Below, piece after piece: positions 56,820 to 64,000 of a stretch of 64,000 nucleotides of DNA (its first letter is position 1; the number at the start of each line of letters is the position of its first letter). Location: contig JADFZS010000012.1 of assembly GCA_015232405.1 (NCBI GenBank), positions 276-64,275 of the forward strand, read 5' to 3'. The notes under the pieces are model-generated. The model was not told where the DNA came from. It saw only the letters and a list, made by a program, of their open reading frames with translations, and did not search any database. Source of the DNA: Magnetococcales bacterium (lineage in GTDB: Bacteria > Pseudomonadota > Magnetococcia > Magnetococcales > JADFYX01). The translations under genes were made by a program, and so were the position numbers.

Positions 56820-58670
56820 TTAAAAGTCCATCTGATAGAACTTCATACCCTCTTCCATATAGCTAGTTACTTTTAAACCACAAGTTTCAAAAACATGCTG
56901 CATTGAGGTATTGCTAGGTAGCGTTTCGGCAGTAAACCCACGTATACCATTTCTTATAGCTGCGGTAATTAGTAACTGAAGGGAAAAACGAGCCAACCCC
57001 TTACCCTGCCAATCGTCTCGCACCATAAAAGCTATCTCAGCCCGGTTTGTTGCAGGTTCTAGATAATAACCCGCTACGCAGACAATCTTTTCCCCCTTTT
57101 TTTTCTTGGGTACCACACCAACTACAACTTCATCGCCACGATGGTCTACATAGAGAAAATTCTTGATTCTCTGAAATGGAAACTGCTCCACATGGGAGAT
57201 AAACCGTTTGTAAATTGAATCGTTGGACAAAGAGTAGAGCATCTCTTTGATAGCTCGTTTATCTGAAGGGTGGGAAGGACGAAATGATATTTTCTTTTTG
57301 TCCTTTAGTACCTTGGTTGCTTTTAAGGCAGGAGGACCAACAAAAACCATACCCTCAACCTCAGCCATCTCCTTTCTAAGATATCGGGCTTTAATTGCTG
57401 CCTTCATTAGCTGACGACGAAAATCTGGATGGGCTATACTTATCATGGCAACGGCTCGTTCTTGAATAGATTTGCCATGTAGGTATGCGACACCGAACTC
57501 TGTAACCACATAATGGATACCTCCACGGGTAATAGCTACACCGGAGCCAGTATTCAATTGACATGTTATACGGGATACCGTGCCTTTCTTGGCAGTGGAC
57601 GGCAGAACAATAATAGACTTTCCACCTTCAGAATGTGATGCTCCAATATTGAAATCTACCAATCCCCCCAAACCAGAATAGAAAATATCTCCCAATGAAT
57701 CTGCGCACACCTGACCAGTCAAATCCACTTCTAAAGCTGTATTTATAGCAACCATTTTTGAGTTGGCACTAATACGTGTTGGATTGTTTACGAACTCGGT
57801 TGATTCAAATGAAAAAGCTGGATTGTTATTTATAGAGTCATATAAACGACGTGTACCCAAAGCAAAGCTGGAGATTATTTTTCTATCATCTTTGCCTCCT
57901 GTTTCAATTGCTCCCGATTCAATGAGCGGCAAAATTGCATCGGAGATCATCTCAGTATGAATTTTTAGCCCGGTTTTATGCTTCAAATAAGGCCACACTG
58001 CTTGTGATGCGCGTCCTATTCCCACTTCAATGGTAGATCCACTCTCAACTAAAGCAGCAACCTGATTACCTATACGTTTTATAGTTTTAGAGGCAGATTC
58101 AAGCTTAACCTCGGCAATTGGTTCCTCAACAAAAACCATTAAATCAAGATTGTCTACATGTACCAGAGCACCTCCCAGAGTTCGTGGCATAAGAGGATTT
58201 ACTTGAGCAATAACAAGGTCAGCATTTTTAATTGCACTAGTGTTGACATTTACCGAAACACCAAGACTAACCATTCCATTTTCGTCAGGCGGAGAAACCT
58301 GTACCATAGCTACATCTAGAGGCATCTGACCACTGGAAAATAGTTCTGGTATATCAGACAGATAAATTGGAGTGTAATCTCCCATACCATCTTGAATTAC
58401 CTGTCTTACATTGTCAGCTATAAAAAAAGAGTTTACCGAAAATGTGTTTTGAACCTTCTCATTGGCATAATGGGCATCTCCCAATGCCAAAACATGGACT
58501 ATCTCAACATCAGCTAGTTTATTCGCCCTTTTAACCAACGCCTCGACCAATGCATTAGGAACTCCACAGCCAGAACCTAAAAAAACCCGTTGACATGAAC
58601 GAACCTTTTTTACGGCATCTTTTGCTGTAGTAATCTTATCTGACCATTTTTCCATCATTATTTTATCCAC
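56820..58670 (-). CDS. acetyl-CoA hydrolase/transferase family domain fused to a C-terminal GNAT acetyltransferase domain
   Basis: 616 aa. The N-terminal ~430 aa are CoA-transferase-like (...GSGCGVPNAL..., GGLVDF...). The C-terminal ~160 aa contain RDDWQGKGLARFSLQLLI (GNAT motif A). Confidence 0.8.
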   Translation of the reverse strand: MDKIMMEKWSDKITTAKDAVKKVRSCQRVFLGSGCGVPNALVEALVKRANKLADVEIVHVLALGDAHYANEKVQNTFSVNSFFIADNVRQVIQDGMGDYTPIYLSDIPELFSSGQMPLDVAMVQVSPPDENGMVSLGVSVNVNTSAIKNADLVIAQVNPLMPRTLGGALVHVDNLDLMVFVEEPIAEVKLESASKTIKRIGNQVAALVESGSTIEVGIGRASQAVWPYLKHKTGLKIHTEMISDAILPLIESGAIETGGKDDRKIISSFALGTRRLYDSINNNPAFSFESTEFVNNPTRISANSKMVAINTALEVDLTGQVCADSLGDIFYSGLGGLVDFNIGASHSEGGKSIIVLPSTAKKGTVSRITCQLNTGSGVAITRGGIHYVVTEFGVAYLHGKSIQERAVAMISIAHPDFRRQLMKAAIKARYLRKEMAEVEGMVFVGPPALKATKVLKDKKKISFRPSHPSDKRAIKEMLYSLSNDSIYKRFISHVEQFPFQRIKNFLYVDHRGDEVVVGVVPKKKKGEKIVCVAGYYLEPATNRAEIAFMVRDDWQGKGLARFSLQLLITAAIRNGIRGFTAETLPSNTSMQHVFETCGLKVTSYMEEGMKFYQMDF

Positions 58671-58778
58671 TTGACTATTATGAAAATCTTATTTAGCCGT
58701 TATTAATTGCAATAATACTCACAATCAAAATTTTACCTGTTTTTTATATTGGCATACTCAATCAACTATTTAATTAAA

Positions 58779-59990
58779 CTACTTAGTTATCAGATCATGA
58801 TTATAGCATAAATAAGATGCTATTCTTTGACTGGCAATTAGATGTCCATTTTCATTCCAATGGCCGATTCCCTTTGCTGAGTTTTTAAATCCATGGAGCC
58901 ATACACCTGTTTCACTTGCAAATCTTTGCAGATCAGCTCCAAGATTTAGAACATCAAAACCATATTTTATACCAATCTGTTTAATTCTTTCATCTGCATA
59001 AAAAAGGTTGGGGATATTGAGATTTTTTTTAAACTGCTCCCTAAACTCCCTGTATGGATGAACCTGCGCTCCATTGGTCATGGTAACAAGCAAAAATTTT
59101 GCACCATGATTTTCAACCTCTTCATACATCCTTTTAAGTAGAGCCTCGGTTAATTCCCATGTATCTCGCCATTTTTTATCAATAGGTGGAGCATAGATGG
59201 CAACATCAATACCTGGCTCTGTCTGAACACTGTTCACAGGACTATTGTTACTTTTACTTATTTCACTTAATAAACGATATTTATAGTGTGCCAATGCAAC
59301 TGCTTGAGCCAATCTAAAACTACCTAACACCCACATTTCAAACCTTCCAAACATGCTACTTTTAGCTAGATATTCTGGTGATGTTAAAAAGTCCATGTTT
59401 TTGTGTAAAACACCATTTTTGATATCAAATACAGGTCGCATGGCATCCCCACCCAGAACTCTGCTGTTTTCTAAAAGATCGTTTCCAGTAAAAAAACCAA
59501 GAACAATCAGATCTGGCTGATATTTCCATACCCGATTCTCCAATACCAGCAGCTCTTGGGCCGTACTATAACCACTCACCCCAAAACCTATTATTTCAAA
59601 GTCTTTTTTTGCTATTGCTGGGACGCATTGAGGCAATAGTTTTTCCAATAATCTCCAGTAGCTATCATCAAGATCAATCTGAACCGCCTCTGTAAATGAG
59701 TCTCCAATAACCGCTATGCGATAACTCCCCTTTTTTGGTTTTATTGAATGGTCAACATCTCGCCATCCATCACTATTTATCTCTACATACCCTGCCCCCT
59801 CAATTCTTTGCCATCCTTTTGTACCAGGCTTTGCCGACCAACCAGTTATTGGGTCTGGAGATCTTGATTGTGGCCAATAAAAAGAAAAATCCACCAAGCG
59901 TAACCCCAATTCGGCGACCACAAGACAAATAAATATTGATGCTATGACTAATATAGATGTGAAAAGAGCGTTTGTTGAAGATTGCTGCAT
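58779..59990 (-). CDS. SGNH/GDSL-like hydrolase with an N-terminal membrane anchor
   Basis: 403 aa with a TM helix, then IAVIGDSFTEA (block I GDS), GFFTGNDL (block III) and a C-terminal ...GHWNENGH. Confidence 0.62.
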   Translation of the reverse strand: MQQSSTNALFTSILVIASIFICLVVAELGLRLVDFSFYWPQSRSPDPITGWSAKPGTKGWQRIEGAGYVEINSDGWRDVDHSIKPKKGSYRIAVIGDSFTEAVQIDLDDSYWRLLEKLLPQCVPAIAKKDFEIIGFGVSGYSTAQELLVLENRVWKYQPDLIVLGFFTGNDLLENSRVLGGDAMRPVFDIKNGVLHKNMDFLTSPEYLAKSSMFGRFEMWVLGSFRLAQAVALAHYKYRLLSEISKSNNSPVNSVQTEPGIDVAIYAPPIDKKWRDTWELTEALLKRMYEEVENHGAKFLLVTMTNGAQVHPYREFREQFKKNLNIPNLFYADERIKQIGIKYGFDVLNLGADLQRFASETGVWLHGFKNSAKGIGHWNENGHLIASQRIASYLCYNHDLITK

Positions 59991-60180
59991 TTATAATGAT
60001 CCTATATCCAACTTTAAATATTAGATCAGAAGGTTGTTATTCTTTGAAAATCACCCAAATTATTTTATTAATGATGGTCAGTTATCAGGGATAATGGGTT
60101 GACCACAACAAGTTTTAGATAATATAATATTGGCGCTGATATTAAGATGAAAACTTCATTAATGCTGATGGTTTGACCTC

Positions 60181-62148
60181 ATGACAAAGCTCAAAGATGG
60201 TGAATATCAAATATACGACCCCGCCATCCTAAATAACATGAGGCTCTTTTGTGATATAAAAGATCCTAAAAAACGTACAATCCTCGTCAGCAAACACACC
60301 CTCATTACAGAAGAGTTAATAGAACAGCTCTACAAGCATAACATTAAAACTGTTTTTGCCGAAGTGGTGATGGAAGAACCCACTAAAAAAGCAGTCAAAG
60401 CATCCATCAAATATATGGAAGAGACATTTGAACTAATTGAAGGTGTCTTTACTAAAGATGATGGTGGTCTGGATGATGTTACTAAGACTTTAACTAACAG
60501 AAAACAGATGAAGTCTCTTGAAAATCTCATTAGGGAAAACCTTGATGAGATTGAAGAGCTGTTTAGCACAAACTCCATTAAAAAGCTTGTAATGCTAACC
60601 GAACACCATAACGGTACTGTACGTCACAGCCTTATTGCTGCTTTTCAACTTATGGCTATAGGCCGAGAATTAAAGTGGAATAATTCAAAAATTGTCAAAG
60701 CAACAATGGCATTGATAAACCATGATATTGGCAAAGCCAAGGTTAAAATTGACACCCTAGATTGCCCAAACAAACTCAATAGTAAACAGTGGAAAGAGAT
60801 CCAGTTCCACCCCCTATTTGGCTGCCGCATGCTATATAGGGAGGGGAAAGACCCTGATTTAATGATGTTGGCTGCACTTTTACACCACGAGTGGTACGCA
60901 ACTGTAGAGGGTAAAGGTTATGGCGGTTTAACTCTCTATGGTGATTTTGTACAGCGTGCTATGAAATTTGATGTAAAAGAGGTGGTTGATAACCTATCCG
61001 ATGATGAACGGGAAATAATCCAGTTGACCAGCTTGGTAGATATGGTTTCAGCTCTAGAAGAGAGACGAGCTTATAAACGGGAATTAGACCCATTTAAAGT
61101 TTTAATCATCATGAACTCAGATGCCAAAATGGGTCACTTTCATCCCGTACATTATCAAGCTTGGCATAAAATCTATCATCGTCAAAACCCCTATCTCCTT
61201 CGACTTGGACTGCGAATGGCTCTGCCAAGGGAGAAAGAAGAACGTATATTTACAGCCCAACCAGCTATAACAATTGCCCCAACCCCCCTATTGACTTATT
61301 ACGAAATGGAAACTCTTGGTTTTCTAGGTATTTTGCGCAATGTGGGCATTGATATGGAGCGTATACGTCGCCGGGGAGGGTTATCAATTAAAATATTAAC
61401 AAAAATCAATAAAGAGAAATCTTTAGATCTAGACCTCTCTTACAGCAACTTTGAAAATAGTAATATCACTATTGTTAAGACAAAATTGGTTCGTGAAAGA
61501 CAGTTTATCAAGTTAGAAGCTTGGCAGAAGTGGTTGACTGTAGCAGAACTTAAAAAAAGCGGTCTATTAGCTAGAGCAAAACAGCTAAATTTCGATTTGG
61601 CTCTCATTGATAAACAGGGCGGCATAAATCCTGAAAGACTTGAAAAACGTGGTATTAAAGTTGCGAAAAGCAAACTGGACAGTTTAGGTATAAAAACCCT
61701 AAAAAAATTACCTGTTCAATTACCCGGAAGTGAAAACCGCCTAACCTCAATGGATCTCGAAAAACTTGGTATTACTGATAGGCTTTTAGAAAAAGCTGGT
61801 TGTCTAGAACAGGTAAAAAAGGTTAAAAGCGGTATCCCACTAGAGCTTTTAAAAAGACAGGGAATAAAAATCACAGACAGCATGATGGCGAAGAATGGTA
61901 TAGACTCTATTAGAAAAATCTTCTATGACATTCAGGTAGTTGAAGAGATAAGCTCTTCAAAAGCCATTTTCCGTATTCTACGTGAAGGTGATGACCCAGA
62001 AGAGCTAGATTCCATAAGCGAAAAAAACCAACTAAGCCAAATTCAAGATCTGCTACTAAACCAAGTAGGCCACGTGATAATGGACTTCTCAGACCTGCTA
62101 GAGCTACCGGATCTAAGCCATATAGTTTGTGGTAAACATTGGAGTTAA
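60181..62148 (+). CDS. HD-GYP-like (degenerate GYP) domain protein with a ~290-aa repeat-containing C-terminal extension
   Basis: 655 aa with NHDIGKAKV, FHPLFG and LLHHEWYATVEGKGYGG, the last in place of HHExxDGxGYP. Confidence 0.75.
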   Translation: MTKLKDGEYQIYDPAILNNMRLFCDIKDPKKRTILVSKHTLITEELIEQLYKHNIKTVFAEVVMEEPTKKAVKASIKYMEETFELIEGVFTKDDGGLDDVTKTLTNRKQMKSLENLIRENLDEIEELFSTNSIKKLVMLTEHHNGTVRHSLIAAFQLMAIGRELKWNNSKIVKATMALINHDIGKAKVKIDTLDCPNKLNSKQWKEIQFHPLFGCRMLYREGKDPDLMMLAALLHHEWYATVEGKGYGGLTLYGDFVQRAMKFDVKEVVDNLSDDEREIIQLTSLVDMVSALEERRAYKRELDPFKVLIIMNSDAKMGHFHPVHYQAWHKIYHRQNPYLLRLGLRMALPREKEERIFTAQPAITIAPTPLLTYYEMETLGFLGILRNVGIDMERIRRRGGLSIKILTKINKEKSLDLDLSYSNFENSNITIVKTKLVRERQFIKLEAWQKWLTVAELKKSGLLARAKQLNFDLALIDKQGGINPERLEKRGIKVAKSKLDSLGIKTLKKLPVQLPGSENRLTSMDLEKLGITDRLLEKAGCLEQVKKVKSGIPLELLKRQGIKITDSMMAKNGIDSIRKIFYDIQVVEEISSSKAIFRILREGDDPEELDSISEKNQLSQIQDLLLNQVGHVIMDFSDLLELPDLSHIVCGKHWS

Positions 62149-62226
62149 ATACTATTTTTTAGCATTTCAAACTTTATCCTACATCTTCCAACTTAAAAAT
62201 ATAATCACATCCACCATACATATTAT

Positions 62227-62256
62227 TTAATTGGGGTGCATTCGCACCCCAATTAA
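62227..62256. terminator. 13-bp perfect palindromic hairpin between convergent genes
   Basis: TTAATTGGGGTGC-attc-GCACCCCAATTAA. There is no clear U-tract on either strand. Confidence 0.5.
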
Positions 62257-62289
62257 TAAAATACTCAATATGTTGTAGTCTGTGACAAG

Positions 62290-62703
62290 CTAGAATCTAG
62301 CCCTTTGCTTGTCCAACAAACCTTCTACCTCTTTTAGCTTTGCTATAGCATACTCATCACCAAGAGCAGCACTTCTCACCCATCTAGGTTCAATAGTGGC
62401 TTCCAACTTGGCAATCTGGGATTTAACAATACGATCATTATTAATTTTCACCTCTTCCTCAGTGAGCTTAACCACACCCCAAGTGCATTTTACAGGAGTA
62501 GAAGTTAAATCCTCAGTATATTCTCCTCTCTTATGTGTACTAGGGTCAAAAACAGGTTCAATAACTTCTGCCTCTACAAAACCATACTGTTTTGCATTTT
62601 GGGGATCATTACGAAGATTACTACACTGTTTAATATTCTTTGGTAGTACTCCTGGCCCATATGTTTTTATATTGTTCTGTATTCTTATATATTTTTTAGA
62701 CAT
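62290..62703 (-). CDS. hypothetical protein
   Basis: 137-aa ORF with normal-looking composition. The fully overlapping plus-strand ORF (62309-62707) is Ser/Leu-rich junk. It lies downstream of the RCC1-repeat gene on the same strand. Confidence 0.55.
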   Translation of the reverse strand: MSKKYIRIQNNIKTYGPGVLPKNIKQCSNLRNDPQNAKQYGFVEAEVIEPVFDPSTHKRGEYTEDLTSTPVKCTWGVVKLTEEEVKINNDRIVKSQIAKLEATIEPRWVRSAALGDEYAIAKLKEVEGLLDKQRARF

Positions 62704-62845
62704 TTAACTATTCCTAAATAAATTAAAAGGTATCTCCCGACTTACAAACTCTGTTTGTCAAAACAATTTCAATAGAACGCATCAAGGAGTTTCTTCTGGT
62801 AATAAATTGTTATGACATTCTTTTTTTTGCTTATAAATAGCCATG

Positions 62846-63970
62846 TTATACAGCCTTTAAAAAGAAACCAAAATTACCTGAATGATCAGAAGACACCCAA
62901 TTAGTTTCATTACCTAATTGAACAGGTACACTAACAAGGGTGTTTGTTCCCAAACCACACTCGCCAGAACTATTCAAACCCCAAGCCCAGAAAGTACCAT
63001 CAGTCTTGATGGCATGACCTGTATAACTCATACCCATAAACAACTTTGACCAGTCATTATCTGTACCCAGTTGAGTTAGGTTGCTTACATCGTAAGCAGA
63101 GGTTACGCCGTTACCAAAACATGCTTCGGCACATCTACCTGTGGCAAACAGTTCATTATTTGTATTTTTGAGCCAAATTGAATTATAGCCAGGTGTTATT
63201 GCTGCCCAAGTTGTACCAGCCCCAACTTGGACTGGTGATGATCTATTAGTTATATCATTTTGTCCCAGCTGACCTAAATGATTCAGCCCCCAAGCAAAGA
63301 CATTTCCTGCACTATTTATAGCAAGTGATCCGCTTTTTGTTACACCAATATCAGTCCAGTTAGTTTCAGTACCAATCTGAATAGGCGATGATGTATGAGC
63401 TGTACTTGAGTTTCCTAATTGTCCATGATTATTATATCCCCACGCCCATAATGTGCCATCTGTCTTGAGTGCCAATGTATGGCCTGCACTTGATATCTTT
63501 ACGTTAGCCCAATCAGTAAGTGAGCCAACTTGAACTGGACTTGATCTATTAGCAGTATCACCAGTACCTAATTGACCACTGTTATTTATACCCCAACTCC
63601 ACAATGTGCCATCTTTCTTTATTGCCAAAGTCGATCCAGTCAAAATATCAACTAAAGCCCAATTTTCTTCTGTTCCTACCTGAACGGGGCTACTATATCC
63701 TGTGGTATTATTTAGACCTAATTCACCAGAAAAATTATTTCCCCAAGCATACAGCTTTCCGGCATGAATACCCATTGCACTTGCAGCACCACCAACACTT
63801 GATGCTGAGATATAACTCCAAGACTCACCCGTACCTACTTGTGTAGGCGAATTTCTTGCAAGTGTATCTCCCAAACCAAGATTACCAGATGAATTAGAAC
63901 CTGTTGCAAATAAAGCATAACCAGAGTTTCCAGCAGCCCCTCCCATAATAAGCTTTTGTAAAATAGTCAT
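62846..63970 (-). CDS. RCC1/BLIP-II repeat (seven-bladed propeller) protein
   Basis: 374 aa with about 7 repeats of ...G.L(W/Y)AWG.N..GQLG.......SSPVQVG... The start appears to overlap the stop of an upstream ORF running out of the window (TAATG). Confidence 0.85.
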   Translation of the reverse strand: MTILQKLIMGGAAGNSGYALFATGSNSSGNLGLGDTLARNSPTQVGTGESWSYISASSVGGAASAMGIHAGKLYAWGNNFSGELGLNNTTGYSSPVQVGTEENWALVDILTGSTLAIKKDGTLWSWGINNSGQLGTGDTANRSSPVQVGSLTDWANVKISSAGHTLALKTDGTLWAWGYNNHGQLGNSSTAHTSSPIQIGTETNWTDIGVTKSGSLAINSAGNVFAWGLNHLGQLGQNDITNRSSPVQVGAGTTWAAITPGYNSIWLKNTNNELFATGRCAEACFGNGVTSAYDVSNLTQLGTDNDWSKLFMGMSYTGHAIKTDGTFWAWGLNSSGECGLGTNTLVSVPVQLGNETNWVSSDHSGNFGFFLKAV

Positions 63971-64000
63971 TATTTAGAATCCGCAATAGCTAGATTACCA

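Noticed and set aside
62309-62707. A 132-aa plus-strand ORF fully overlapping 62290-62703.
   Set aside because: Its composition is Ser/Leu/Phe-rich and low in complexity, typical of the reverse frame of a real gene. The minus-strand product looks protein-like.
1-64000. A search for tRNA, rRNA, tmRNA, RNase P or SRP RNA in all intergenic gaps.
   Set aside because: I saw no cloverleaf-compatible sequence (a GTTCGAAT-type T-loop with a matching stem), and no conserved 4.5S or tmRNA motifs. A covariance-model scan would be needed for certainty.

Overview
This is a 64-kb chromosomal segment from a low-GC (about 40% by eye) Gram-negative, probably proteobacterial genome. I found no rRNA, tRNA, CRISPR array or intact mobile element. 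The housekeeping backbone is hemC-hemD, tsaD, gpsA, a CspA-family gene, infA (TTG start), parE, sixA, an M20 peptidase, an H-NS-family protein, ETF-ubiquinone oxidoreductase, uvrB, an aas-like gene, ampG and gmd. Several accessory blocks sit between these genes.

(1) 13.5-18.6 kb: a TetR / RND(MMPL-type) / LolA-like / beta-barrel operon, preceded by a perfect 22-bp inverted repeat.

(2) 19.5-29.3 kb: the most unusual locus, made of two divergent operons. One encodes an MBL-fold + 2x cNMP-binding + hemerythrin protein (Dictyostelium GbpA/GbpB-like phosphodiesterase architecture) plus a periplasmic binding protein. The other encodes a 432-aa protein built from exact 36-residue tandem repeats, ATGA-coupled to a CyaB1-like GAF-GAF-PAS class III cyclase and followed by a TPR/SPINDLY-type glycosyltransferase.

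(3) 29.3-34.3 kb: a TolC-SPOR fusion and a MoxR-DUF58-DUF4381 operon with no VWA partners.

(4) 34.5-38.7 kb: two tandem, equal-length paralogous B12-binding radical SAM proteins with Zn-ribbon + TPR tails. They converge on a TPR + 197-aa two-gene operon.

(5) 46.5-48.8 kb: divergent paralogous PPP-like metallophosphoesterases with an altered metal motif and a conserved polybasic tail.

(6) 51-54 kb: a likely decayed mobile-element remnant. It holds a small SD-preceded ORF, an M23 peptidase, a 58-aa CXXCXGXG zinc-finger ORF absent from the ORF track, and a truncated tyrosine recombinase lacking the catalytic Tyr.

(7) 56.8-64 kb: an acetyl-CoA hydrolase-GNAT fusion, an SGNH hydrolase, an HD-GYP-like protein with a repeat-rich C-terminus, and an RCC1-repeat protein.

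All functional calls rest on motif recognition by eye. No database search was run.
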